Shown: one piece after another, positions 41,501-55,725 of the stretch
Layout of the letters: each line of letters begins with the position of its first letter
Numbering within the stretch: the stretch's first letter is position 1
Source of the DNA: Trichoplax adhaerens
Taxonomy: Eukaryota > Animalia > Placozoa
Reading direction: 5' to 3'
Length of the DNA: 64,000 nt
NCBI RefSeq assembly: GCF_000150275.1
Contig: NW_002060946.1
Coordinates: forward strand, 5,103,454-5,167,453
Notes under the pieces: generated by a model
Told to the model about the DNA's origin: nothing
The model's database searches: none
The model's input: the letters and a program-made list of their open reading frames with translations, nothing else
Translations under genes and position numbers: made by a program

Positions 41501-41601
41501 GGTCGATCATCTAGCTCTTCATCATCTCCTTTCCCATCAATCGTACTCAATCGCATCGATTTCTCGTTGCTATCTTGAAAAAAGGTTGTCTCCTTGCCCA
41601 T
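38508..41601 (-). CDS. SLC6 family amino-acid-type transporter (SLC6A15-20/B0AT-like), paralog C (~594 aa, 8 exons)
   Basis: Exons 41397-41601, 40519-40997, 40283-40393, 39841-40149, 39550-39751, 39186-39345, 38822-38984, 38508-38663. Internal exon sizes are identical to paralog B (479/111/309/202/160/163) and the same SLC6 motifs are present. Ends ...GGKKETVI-stop. Confidence 0.95.
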
Positions 41602-44600
41602 TATAAATTTTAAAATATTCTTTTATCGCAACAGCAGCTAAAAAGAATTCTAGCTATATTGATAGTAATTTAAATTAGTTTCTAATGGGTTCAGTTTGAT
41701 CTTTATCGCAGTAGCAGCCGGCACGAATTTAGCTATATTAATAGTAATGTAAATCAATTTTAAACTAGTTTATACAAGGATACATATGCATTACAAGTAG
41801 CGAAAACATTTTACTATCAGCAACGAAATATTATTGTCCGAAATAAGCACATGGCCAAAGAAATCGATTTAATATAGTTTATTACAGAGATATCGAAGCT
41901 GGAACCTAGAATTGCGATCAAAGCAACACCGATGAGACCTTCAATATATCGTACAATTACTATATTGCATCATCTTAAAATCGAAATCACGTGTGACTAT
42001 AACATCACCAATTAGGAGCAGAAAGAAAATGTTTGAAAATCTTCATTTCGTAATGATTTCTATATTCCTTGCCATCAGCGTCAATAAAATAAGAACTACT
42101 CTTGGTTAATCCTTCCTCCTAATTTACATCGTGAATTAGCACCGTTAATCTTACAGGTGTTTTCGGTGCCTCATTCTGAATACTCTGTCAGTCTTCTACG
42201 CGTTGCTCATTAAATTTAAGGACAATGCACGTAAATTTTGAAATACGCTATAATTTATCTTATATTGAAGTGGTTACAAGTTGTGTACGGCTGGTACAAG
42301 ATCAAAGAGCATTGTAGACATGATTCCTTTTAATTGAGCTAAATTCTGGATATACTCGGTAAGGCTTTACGTTGTTGGGCTTTACTTTTGTTGATGCTGT
42401 GTAAATAAAACGATTGAGTGTGTGCATTGCTTCAAATTTTCGCTTTCATCCATCACTTCTGGGCAGTATTTAATATATACTACAGTAGTTACGCTAGTAA
42501 GAGTGAGTGATGAAATCGACTATCTATTTGTAAATAAAGAGTTGATTCGTAGATTACCGTACATTTAATTAATGAATATTTTCCCCACCATTGCCCATGA
42601 CAACATCTACTACCAGTCTAATAATATACTATACAGTCGGAGAGTACTCTACGTTAATTTTTTATCAACAAAATCGCGATATAAATAAAATTGGAGCGCA
42701 AACGAATGGAACGATCTCATTAGACTATACCTCTATAGTTCCGAAAACAGAAAGAGAATTTTTCCATGTTTATGATTGTCCTTAAATTTGAGAAGTATTA
42801 GGCCAAATCAACTCTTATATCTATGCTTGAAATTAATTCTCTTTTCGGAATGTAAAAAATACGGATCTGCACATCTATTCTACTGATTATACGAATAGAC
42901 CAGAAATATTATCTGGATGTTTTTAGACTATGGCACGTAACTATCAAATATGAATCAAAATAATTAAATTTTTCAATGAATTAAAGCAATTTTAAATCTA
43001 ATTTTAAGCACGCAAACTGTAGTAAAATTCAAGAAAAGATGTAAAATGAGTCGCTAAACAATCTTATGAAAATAATTTATAATAATACAATGTGATTATT
43101 ACTTAAATAGATATCCATTTTTAAAGGAAAAGCGAGAGAGTTAGAGACTAGAGGGTCTAAAATTTCATTTTAAACTTAAAACTTATAATATGTAAGTTAG
43201 GATTGACTTTATATGGAATGAAATGATGAGAAAATAAATGGTTAGTCAGTGTTTGCTAACGATCCAATAACTATTTATTCAGATCAATAGTCTGCGATTG
43301 ATAGCAAGCTGGATACTATAAGGTACAATCAGCCGGGCGTCTTCAATAACTAAACAGTTAAAATGGGCAATTATTGAGGTGAAGAATTAAAGGTTTCATG
43401 ACGATTTGTTTTTAAATTTGGGCCCAGAGTATGTTCATTCTATTATCGATGCTCAATTGATCCAATATAAATAGAGAAATTAAAAATTCGATCCTTCAAG
43501 GGTTATACTCACGAACAGCCAGAAGGAAGAGAGTTTAAAAAACACGCTAAAGGAATAGTACGGCACTTAAACATAATGTAACAAATTCTAATCTGCTATC
43601 GCACGGTGCCGCAAGAATCCATTAAACTATGGGATAATTATTATCGGTAAACTTGTTTAAATAGTCGATTGTAACATGTTGTTGAACGAATTAAAACTGT
43701 ACAGTAGAATCTAAGCTAAAAAGTATCTACTTCTAATGTTCTTACCCTAGAATAGTTGCTGAAACCAATGGATAATTTTATCTTCAACTCTGATGCTTGA
43801 TTGCACTGTGTACGTCTATAATATACTGCGGACGATTGTACATAAATGGCCCAATAATGGGCTGTACCGGCACTATTCTAATGCATTAGTAAAGTAATTT
43901 GAATAGAATTTCTTTTCTTTCCATTCTGGGCGGCTGTTGTAGTATTGATTTCATCCTGTACTATAGTAATTTATAGTACCGCATGACAACTTGCGACACA
44001 GAAACATGATCACTGCAATTTATTTAATTGTATTCATCGTTACTATTTCAAATATAAGAATACGTTAATGCATTCTCAGTGTAACTATAGCCATCGAAGA
44101 TGAGAATAATGACTTCAGTACTATTCTAACTAATTATCTTTGCGGGATTATTGTTTCTTATTATTATCCAAATGAGGATAGACGAGAGATTATTGTCATT
44201 CTTTATCTAACGAATTTTTATCTCTCACTAAATGGATGTATAGGGTTGGACTATATGTCTATAATAAGACAGTAGATAGTTATTGCTTCATTCATCTTTT
44301 AGTCTCGTACTTAATGAATTACAGAGGAAATAAACTAAACTTAACTTTACAATTACATAATAATATCTATGATAGCAAACAGTTGTTGTTCCGTTCATTT
44401 TTTAATGTCCTACTTAATGAATTGGAATGGAATGAACTCAACGTTAGTATCACCGTTGAAAATTAAAATTAGATTGAATGGCATTCTAGAATATGCTAGT
44501 TTAAAAGTATGAGTTTTTTACTCCAAATCGGGAAGCGATCCGATGATTTTTTTCCTGTCTATCTCTAAGTACTATTAATACATTATCCGTTTTATTTCGT

Positions 44601-47600
44601 CGATACATCGCAACAGAAACACAATAGTGTAAGAATTATATTGCTAGAAAAACAAAATTAGCCGCAATTATTAACGTATATGTGCAATATACAGCACATG
44701 TCCGGATAGCGTTAGCCTCTTGATTGACAATCTCTACTATCATTCATACTTATCTATTATAGTATTACATCTACTCACTTTCTAATGTTACAACAAACCA
44801 TTGATAATTTCTTATTCAAATTCGATGTTATTGATCTAATTATCATCCTGGTTCTAAATTAGATTCTAGAGTATTACATCCTTAAGCCCAAATCGCATAT
44901 TCTATGAAATACAATTCATATCATCACCCTCGCTTTCTTTCGTCTTCTCGCATCACCATGATACGAGTAATACAGGCTTTAATGACGTTATCAAGAGCAG
45001 AAAGTGCATTAATTTCCGATAGGACGATAAGAATATTTAGTATGTAGCAAGAATCAAAACGTTGAACTGCTTGTTTTACACTATACATCATCGTTTATAA
45101 AGTCATTGCCATGTCAACATTCGCAGCTTACACATATTGGTACCGTAGCTAATTGAAAACTGTACGGTTGTGAACAAAATGTATGAATTCAATCCTTAAC
45201 AGTCGATTACTAAATCAAATTCTAATTATTTTTAAAATGATATTGTACGCTAATGTTCTGTAAAAGGTTAAAGGCTGTTATGCCGGATGATGTCTAGATC
45301 TGTTGCATCCACCTTAAACATAATACATTCCTAAAGCTATACGGTAACGTACCACTTACTGATCGAGCTAAATGGTCACCACATTAACTATTAACATGAT
45401 CTATGTGAATATGATAGTGAGACAATAATTGTGAAGATTTTATAGTGTACTATATTTAAAAGTATATGCCTTACTTTAGTTCCAGACCTAAAGAAGACGC
45501 CAGTGTAGGTGTAAATTAGATTTATTAATCTGATTTTAAATGTTATCTTTAACGAATTGTACATAATAAGCTGATCAAAAACTATGATTAGATCTCTATG
45601 AATTTCCTTTTCTTTATACAAATTACCTATTCAAAAATTTTATGTCTTTACCATGCCCTTATTGATCAATTTTGGTAGAAGTAATAAAAGTGGCAATAAA
45701 TCCATATGAAAAACCTACAAGAATACAAACGTCTTATATCGTGTGCTGCTAAAGGTGCCAGCTATTCATTAAATTTTGTCCGCAACGGCATGTGTTACGA
45801 ATAAATTTTGCTATCGTTATACTTGGATACTTTTCTGTATCTTGACTGAATCATGATTAAGTACATCATTGAAACTTTGAATTGGTATGATAGATCAAAT
45901 AAAATTGAAATAGCTCTTAATTTAGGATTTGTGCTTTGCTCTGGTTAAGGCTATCGAAGCTAATATGTTGATAAATAAGTAGTATTTTCATTTTAAGTTA
46001 GATTATTAATTTGGCCTTAAATGAGTTATAGAACAAAAAGTTCATTCTAAGTATAAATGTATACAGCTCCTTTAATGCAATAATTAAGATATTTAAATTA
46101 TTTTTGATGATTTTGGAATAGTATTTTAATAAACACTTAATTAGGATATAATCCCAATGCTTGATGTCATTCGTTAATATTAAGTGAGAATTTCAGCTAC
46201 TTGAATAACTTCTCGTAAAGCTATTCTAGTGTTTTACTCCATATACAAGGACAACAGTAAGCTGTTTTGCTGGCTTAACAACTAAATGACCGGATAAACC
46301 TTATCCGGTGTTTCTATATTCCCCTTCTTTAATCAGTATCTTGTACATACATTTAATTCAGAATAAAGAATCCTTTATTTTTGTTTAGCGATTGAAAAAG
46401 ATTCTTAAGTATAGCTTAATAATAATATAATACATACTAAAAAGATCATCTTATACGTAAATTGTACAAAAGAGTTGCATATATTAATAAAATTAAATAC
46501 TGGTAGTATTTAAAGCAACTAACAAAGACTTTATTATAGTTTATAATCAACAATATAGTAGACTCTACGTATTTGTTCTTTGGCCTCACTAGGAAAAGCT
46601 ACCCAACTTAGTTTATGCACTACATAAATTCTCTAAGTTATCATAACTGTATTTGAAATTGTTGATAAGTGATAATATCAACAGACTTATGACCGGTAGT
46701 GATGTCTAATTTCGATTGTATTTTTATTTGCTAAATAGGCAACATACTTTTTCTTGTTGGATATAGAGTCCATACGAATTAACGATTTCATATTATGATG
46801 ATTCCTTTCTCTTGTTTGCTAAATAGCCATCTAAATCGATGGCTATCGCCGAAATGTAGATTAGATTAAAGTTTCAAGTCTTGAATGATGAATTAATATG
46901 ATAGGCAATCATGGGTTCATTTTCCTGATTCCATTTATCTATCCTTGTATTGTCTTTTTACTTATTTGCTCATGATCATTATATTTATCACCCTGTATGG
47001 AAAATAGAATTGAAATTATAATTGCTAATTACCTCCAGTGCTGTTTTAAAATCTTCGCATGTTAGTTTCAATACTAATAAGGTTACAATTGGTGAGTGCA
47101 TAAATCGCCAACAAGTTGCTTACCTAGGCGCGTGCCATAAATTTAATTTTTGTACTGTGTATTACCAATCAACATTTATAACAATTATTCTACTTGCTCC
47201 TTTTATCAGCTACATTGCCTAAATATGTTAAGCATAGGTATCTTCAGTCTTTTATTACTGAAATTTCTTAAGAGACAATTAATCTGGAGTTTGAATGATT
47301 ACCATATGAAAGCACAACTCGTATCTGATGAAAGGTAAAATGGCAAGGCATTAATTAATATGATTCATTATGGTAAGTGTTTGAGTTTTTGCTGGTATGC
47401 GTATAAATGAATCCAATATGAATATATATCGTATCTTTCTGTATATATGCACACATATGAATAGAGCGTAGAAAAATTTTGTAATCGAATTGCTTCTACG
47501 TGAATGATTATAAGTTATTATATTATACATAAAAAGTTTTGCATTATTTAGCTGCCCATGAACTATGGTACAGTATATTTGTCAATGAAGAAGCAGGACG

Positions 47601-49901
47601 TTAAGCTAGTACGTACAAAGTATATTACATAATATACATACAATCTAAAATAGAAAATTACTATTTTGATAGCCTTCTATTTTCAATTTATTCTCAAAGC
47701 GAGATTATTTTATGTGTTAGTAGTACTACTACGATTACACCCATAATCGATTTCAATCCCATTTAAATTCCCCTTATAGTAATATAGATTGCAGCTATAA
47801 ACTAAACAAATACTGTATTTTATCTCATATAAGATTACCAATGACCCTTCACCTTCATTTTCTTCTCAGGAAATGACCGTTGCTAATCTGTCCTAATTAC
47901 GCAGGTTACTAAAAACCAATGATAAACTATCGTACTTATTAAACTAGAGTAATTCACTGATCAATAGTATCTTAAATCGTTTACTTAATCCTTAGTGCAG
48001 ACGATAGACTTAGTAGTCGGCAGAATTGACTGAATATAATGCAGTATCAGTATTGACAGTGGCACGCAGATAATTACAAGATATAGGGCACTAAACAATT
48101 TATGATAGCTTAGGATACCATGTTAGACATGATAAGAGGTAAAAGCAATTCCACTGAATTCTGGCTTACTTCCCAGTCCCCCAAAATAGAAACTTAGGAA
48201 TTAATCAGGTGCCCTCATAGAACTAATATAATGATAATATGATGCTGAACAATGTTTGTTTTATCAAAAATTTCAATAAGGCCTAATTAAAAGAAAATTT
48301 TGCCAAGTTTACATATATATTGTTAGTCCCGATTGAATGATATTTATCCACTTTTAATATTGAGACATACAGACTGCAAATACTTTGCAGTTCCAAGCGA
48401 GAACATATGTTTCTGTTTGAATTAGTAATGAATTCATCTCATTGTAAATGCACAGTAATTACCTATAGTAATACGGAATTCTAAACTGATCGACATTTAT
48501 GTTAATAACGAGCCATCCAATCATCTATTATAGATATAATTAGCAATGCTAGGATGACAATCTGAGATGGAATACTTCTCTTTCGATTTATTAGCGTTTG
48601 CTTAATGGGCGTAGTATATTAGTACGATGTATTAGCAAATGATATTCTTGATCGAATTAAATAAATGCAGTTATAACTATTTCAGCTTTACAGCAACATA
48701 TGTTGCCATATCGCACCACAAAGGCATTTTTACTAGCTATACAGTGATTCTTTCTAGACTTCTTAACTCGTCTGTTAGCAAACCATCTCGACAAAAGGTT
48801 AAAAATTATTTTACGTGATCTATTTATGCGGCCAACTATTATTACTAATTAAAGTATTTTACCAACACATCCTGTACACAATGATCAAATTTCTCTTACG
48901 TTGCTCACTAATCCAATATTAATCATAATATTAAACATCTAATGGCTATTGCTAGTGATGGATCCTATATCAAGTCTATCATAGTAACTGATTCTCGAGC
49001 AAGACATTCGACAGTAGGCCATGTGAACATCTGATCACTTATAATTAATAATTAAAGCTACTATTATTTTAGGAGAGAAAATCATTGTTTAAACTAACAA
49101 GTTTATTCTTATGATATCACACTCTTACAATACCAGGATGAGTGATTCTATAGAAAGGAGATCGAATATATTAAGCAACAAACTACCATCCAATAGAAAT
49201 CAAAGTTAATACAGTGTAGAGGGCTTTTACTGTACTCGAATTGCCTTGTCGGCCATCTTGTCGCATTTACTTGGCAAGTTAGATAGATTATCATTGCATT
49301 TAGTGCTTGTACAATAAGGAATAAGAACTTTTAGTAGTTAAGCATAGAGAATAATATCTTATTAGTTAGTGCAGACAGTCAAGAATTCTGCTAGCTAATT
49401 TACACAATTGGAAAGAAATGAATATCGAACATTGAATTTTGGATCTTAGAGTAACTTGTTATAATTCCAGAGCCATTGAATCGTTCGTCATAGCTGCTAC
49501 TTATACTTATAAATCGGCACTAAAAACTGGAATAGGGATAAAAATCTGGTCAGTTACTGCTCTATTAATTAAAAATTTGTAATTCTATGACGCTATCGAT
49601 TACTTAAACTTTCCGCAAATAAAATGATTATTACTTTCCTTAAAATATAGATTCGATATTCCAGATTATCAAATTTGCTAATTGTGAAAGAAGCTTAACC
49701 ATCATTCTGTCACTTATTCTTTACTTAATTACTTTGTTGAATGATCTTGACGACATTACTATTAATTCTTTCATTGGCATAAACCCTGCGATTATTTGTT
49801 GGAATAATACTGCCTATCCAAGTGTTAATAGAAAGTTATGGAATTGACATACAAATATTAATAACTTTTTAGCCCGAAGTAAACCTCAAAATTGATTCCA
49901 T

Positions 49902-52900
49902 ATGGATTATAATAAAATTTTACAAAGCAAGACAATTCAAGATATTTACAACAAGAATCCAAATCGAAGCAGTATTGCTACAACAGCTTCAGCAACATCG
50001 ACTGGCCAATCTTTAGAGATCAATATCTATCGTGAAGATGGTCGACTTCGACATCATAGTGATACGCGAGCTAGTACAACAGATAGCTTTGATCTCAATA
50101 ATCCAGATAGTCCTGGATATAAATCATCGCTTCAATTTAAACATCAAGCTGATAATAAAGAAGAAGAGGATCCTAATCTGCTATCACCATCACCTTTTCT
50201 TCCTGATGATGATTGGGCTAGTGCTTGTGACGGTAGTATTCATGATAGCGACGATGAGGAGGGAACGTTTCATTCAGCAATATCAGTCCAATGTCTACAT
50301 CAATTGGATGATGAAGAGGATTTAATCTCATCTGATAGTAGTGAAGAATGTCGTCGCTACATGGCTAATCTCGTCGATCGATTGTATAACGAAAGGTAAG
50401 TCAATACTAAAGCCTCAGTATAGAATCGATTCTCTATTGCCATCGACATTTCTATTCTGATTATAATATCTTGATAACCGAAAGAACTTACAATGAATTT
50501 ATTGTAAGGAGGTCCAACTACGACCAGGAGAAGTTTATCATATGTTAGTGTTATTAATTATCAATGAAGCATCTAAATAATTGAGGATTAGTAATCTCCG
50601 GTATTATCATCAAGTGATTTTCTTGTTATGGTAACTGTTTATTTCCTGATATGCTTTATATTTGATTAGGGCACTAAACATACGAGTATATATCATTAGC
50701 GATAAGTAATCCTTCCATTTTCCAATTAGTAATGACTTCGGTATCATAATGGCTGCATCATTTTTTAAACCGGTTCCTTTGGCTCCGATGATGAGCATAT
50801 TTTTGAATTGGAGATTAGCAATCTGTTATTTTTCCTGACAAAATTGAACTCTATTCTTTTCTCCATACTTGTTTATGAAGTTATTACTATTCTATCTATC
50901 CAAATAGATAGTAATATCATCATTGTAGGATGCTCACAATGAATGGAGAGAATAGCAGCGAGATATTAATGTCTCTCAATTGATTATAAGTCATCAATAC
51001 GTTATTTAGTTTTTATGACCAGAATATATATGAGGTTCTCAAGTAGTGTCGGTATTCTCCAGCATCCATCTAATCTTTGAGTAAATAGGATATTTTAATC
51101 AATTATAGGCCATTGATAAAACAATTAGTATCGGATACCGGTATCAGATATGAATTCATCTAAGTGAATAGAGTAATGATTAATTGCCTTGAAAACTTTA
51201 CCTTAGTTTAGTAGTAAAGACAAACTATTATGAAACCTAATGGCTTGGAAGTCGTTTCAAAACGGAAGCATCTTGAGCCAGAAAAAAGTTTTTCTTTTGG
51301 CTCAGTTACATATCGTCTAGTATGATCATTTTTGTCTACAGTAGGAACTCTTCATACCCTAAAAGTTACAATCAGCTTCTATTATAGTTAATAATATGGA
51401 TATTTAAGCGCCATTTGAGTCAAAAACGCTATCCTTTTGATCCAGGCGTAAAAATTGATAGCAAGTTTTATCCTATTCTAACATGTAATAAGCAATTTCT
51501 GTTATAGCTATTAGTCTGGATACCATTTTCAAAGACAACACCGTTTTGAGTAGCAGTAACCTTCTATCGATCTATTACAAGGATCTTATTTAATAGATTG
51601 CTTATGAGCTCGTCATGTCATGCCAAGTTTAAAGCTTGCATGCTGTCTCACAAACACGCTATTTGATATAGGTCATAAAGACTTTTCATTGGAAATAGAT
51701 CGAACTGAGACTAGTTAGTCTACCCTTGTGATTTCTTCACATTGGATGGTTGAATTTCTTTAAACTCATGATTTTAACTTAAACTTCCATTTTTGCACTA
51801 GTACCAGGTACTGATCTTGTTTAATAACTTGCTCATGGGTTCGTCTTGCTTTAACAAGTTTAAAGCTTGTATGCTGGTATGCTGTTTCACGGTACACTAT
51901 TTGACGGGGGTTATAAAGATTTTTGCATTGGAAATAAATGAACTAAGACTAGTTAGTCTATATTTGCAATTGCTTCACTTTGGATGCTTAAATTTATTTT
52001 AAATCGTGACTTTAATATTGAGTTTAAAGTTTCATTTTTATACCAATACTTAGTATCAGTAAAGACTTTTACCCTTTTTCTAAACTGATGTCAGTTGAGA
52101 GGTTGAAATACTTGTATTTGAAACTAGTTTCTTCTTCAAAATGCTTTTAGAGGCAATTTTGTTACATAATGTCGTAGAATCAGCCTATAAGGTTACTAAT
52201 TCAGAATGATTTCACACGCCTTGCTTCCCGAAACATGACAGAAATTTCTGCTCTTTTTGACACGATCTAGCCATAAAATTAGTATTTGACCACATAGAAT
52301 CGTTTCTTTACTGCATTGACAGTCGGTGTTTTTTCGTGGTCATGCAAGCTTAGGGACATTTTTATTCTGTATTTATTAAGGTATTTCTTTCCCTATATTT
52401 AGAGTAAAAGTGATTACACGATTTATAGACTGGAGATAGTCAAGTTTTTTTTCTGTAATTAGGCATTTATTAGCCTACAATACTCATTCTTTCTTAGTTT
52501 AGAGCATCACTTAATATTGCTATACTGAAAGAATGGTATTTATATTTGCAGGGAGACCATTTCGCCTGATGAAAAGGCAACGTTTCTATTCTGGTGTAAG
52601 GTAATATATTTCGGAGTACAATTAGGTGGCTCTGTTTGCTTTTCTATAGAATCTTGCGGATTTATCCAGTATATATTTATTATTTATATTTAAAAATACT
52701 GCGGAATGGATTGGTATATTTATCACGTAAAATTTAGAGATATATCAAGCTAAGTAATATCGGCAGAAGAATAGATAAATTAGCTTTAGTTATTAGTAAT
52801 ATAATAATAATCTGTCTTCAATAACAGCTAATTTCAAGATTATTTATCTGCTTAAATAAATTTAGTTTTGTCGTTACCTTAAGTTTATTAGGAGCAAAAA

Positions 52901-55725
52901 TAAATCAGTACACACAAAATCAGCTGTTAATCTAGTTAAAAACTAGGTACGAGCATTGATAAGTATGGTTGTATAATTTCATTTAGGGAGGAAGTGGCCG
53001 TGGATGGTTCGCTTACTATGTCGATAGCAAGGTTTATAATTAATATATAAAAGAATTAAATTTTCAGCCTGGCTATTTGATATTTAAAAACTTTTTTGTA
53101 TCGAATATTAATATAAAAGCGACTGAAATTAAAAGTTTATTTCCATCTGCTTTTAACTTTAGCGTGCTGAATATAAGCGTGTTTCGGAAAAATCCTTTAA
53201 CCAACTTGTGACCTATTTCACATTAGTATTATTAGAGTGAGTATTTAGAAAGAAATAGAAATGACGAAGCTAAGAAACTTGTATTTTTGCTGACAACTTC
53301 GCCAATTTTAGGGTAGTCGATGAAGTATCGAATTTGAATTGATAAGGCATTAAATTACTATAAAGTTCTTATTCTCTCTACAAAGATTTACAGTTTTTCG
53401 CACAAATTATAACTAGTAATAAATCAGATGTACGTACTGATGTAAATCGATGCACATAATTCATTCGTTATCCCTCATGAATGTCATAGCAAATTTGCAT
53501 ACATGCCTAGCCCTATTAATTGCACTATCAATGCAACCAAGTTGCCTTCTAAATTTATTCGAAGATCTCTTGAAAAGGTTAAACTGTTAGGTATTTTAAC
53601 GTAGATAACTGCAGCAATATACTTGAAAAAAGTTAAGTTAGGAATTTTATCCCTAGAAATAATTGCCTTTCATGAAGATTCAATATTTCTACCTTGTCTC
53701 GCAACAGTTTTATGATATTTTATAATTGGTTTAATAAAATTCTGTTCTTACTTTGTCAGATTTACTGTAATCCATGGTTACAACTATAAATAAACCGAGC
53801 TAAACTTGAATACAATCTTGATCTCTCATTTCATTCCTAAAGGTGTAAAACTATTGGCGATTTTTATCCAGCAAAACTACTTTTACAGATGTGTTTTACT
53901 TTTTATCATGAATATACCCTACGTAAGTATTTACGCATATTAAGACCATTGCTATACCTGTTCTTGATATTACGGTTGGTAGTATTTTATATTCTCTCTT
54001 TCATTAAATTATGTAACTGTTAGGTCGAGCCAAGCATAGAGAATATCTTTATGAAGCGTTGAGAAGTCATCCGATATGGTATTCAAAGCTAATATTCTTT
54101 GAATATTAAAGTACTACAATAGATCAATGGTATAGAGAAGAAATTAAATGAGTTGCTTCTAACATGTAGGACCCAGTTAGGATTTTGGAATGCCACATTT
54201 TTGCATGCTGTGCATAAGGAGCGAGCCTATCGAAGTCCCGTACCGATGTAAGTACTTAATATATAATTAATATAGTGATAGGGTGCTATACGATATTATA
54301 GATTCAACATCGAAAATTCAAATACTACACAATAGTATAAATAAATGCTTAGAACACTTTTTAAATGGATAGTATTAAAATTTTTTTGAAAATACTGAAA
54401 AGCATTAATATAAGTCTTCGAAGATTATTAATTGCATAAATAAGTGATGAAATAAACTTTGCATATGTAGAATAGAATCGCACTTTGAGCCGATATTATT
54501 ATCAGCTTATTAAAGCGAGTATAAGAAAATTTCCAGAATTTCTACCATTTGATTCATTAATTATAACGTCTAATTAACTGAAAGGGACAAAATTTGACGT
54601 AGTCAATTTGTAATTGACTAAGTAAAGCAATCATACAATCTTGCTGTCAAGAAAAAGATTGGCAATATAATTGTTTTAGTCTATAATTTGTCTAATTTTT
54701 ATATAATTCTCAGCATTAATTATCTTTTCATTTAGAGCTGTATGGTCTCAGTTATCAAATGAAGAGCGTAAAGAATTGGAAATGTGTGATAAAAATATAG
54801 CGTTTGGTCAATTGGGGTATATTGTCATTCTATTAAGCATCTCTACAGTACATATCTACCTTTATATTTACTTTAATTAAAATCTAGTTTAAACGTTATG
54901 TACATTTTCTTTATCCCTACTCCTTAGGAGTTTGACTATGAACATGGTAAGGCTAGGATTATCTGTCGAATTTGTAACGGAGTTTGCCAAAAAAATGGCA
55001 ATTATTAGCAACTTAGATTTTGGTAAGTTAAGTGATTATTAAGAATATGATATCATTACAATTACTAAAGAATCTTTGATTTGCTTAATATATTTAGTTA
55101 AACTTGATGAGTCTCTTAAAATATCGGTACAATAACTGATCCTGGATTTATGCTGGTTAACATAAGATTTTAATATGTAAATTTCGGTTTTGTAGAACAA
55201 TTGGAAATGCTTGAAGAAAGTATTAAAAATATGGCAATTAATGGTAATATTCTTTACAATGCTAAACTAGAACTATTATTTTCTTAGTATATTTAATCTA
55301 CCTAACTAGAAAGTCCACAATGGCCTAGACCAAGATTTTAAATATAATACCTGTGCTTAAAGTTTGAGTTAACTTTACGTAATAACAATCTAAACAAGAT
55401 AGAATCAGGGCGAGTAAGAAATCTTTACTTATTCTGTCATCATTTCAAAAATTCAATCATAGTATTTAACTATAAACTAAGTACTTCGTGCTCATATATA
55501 TAGTACATTATATCGCGAGTATCCAATAAAATAGTTTACCGAAGTAATATTTAGATTAGTCGTCATGTGTACGTGCATACGCATATATCTTGAAGCAAAA
55601 TTGGCTTCCATTATCAATATTATCGTAAATAATACAGTTTGAGAGGAAATGATAGTAAGCCATCAATAATATATTTTTATTCCTTCATTATAGAAAAGAA
55701 AAGTATAAATCAATCAAACCGTTAA
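49902..55725 (+). CDS. KIAA0513: KIAA0513-like (SBF2-domain) protein, ~376 aa, 11 coding exons
   Basis: Exons 49902-50395, 52552-52600, 52987-53031, 53163-53236, 53843-53922, 54024-54078, 54170-54247, 54736-54816, 54928-55022, 55196-55243, 55694-55725, all GT-AG and phase-compatible. The peptides EKATF..GRGWFA..RVSE..F..VLLEC...DF.PAK.L..MCFTFYH, YLY..L..HPIW...FWNA.F..AV..ER, NIAFGQLG and NM...GL match the KIAA0513 family as I recall it. The last exon is uncertain; read-through would stop at 55287. Confidence 0.88.
51620..52050. repeat. ~230-bp tandem duplication in KIAA0513 intron 1
   Basis: 'caagtttaaagcttg.atgctg...cattggaaata...gaact.agactagttagtcta' at ~51625 and ~51855. Confidence 0.75.

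Noticed and set aside
9728-41601. Calling the SLC6 genes monoamine/GABA neurotransmitter transporters or specific SLC6A orthologs
   Set aside because: TM1 has Gly, not the monoamine Asp, and the motifs fit the amino-acid/orphan branch. One-to-one orthology cannot be assigned without a tree.
46289-46309. Short perfect hairpins (ACCGGATAA/TTATCCGGT; also ~46823, ~48372, ~56109)
   Set aside because: Isolated 8-9 bp stems are expected by chance in 64 kb of AT-rich DNA, and there is no U-tract or repeated family.
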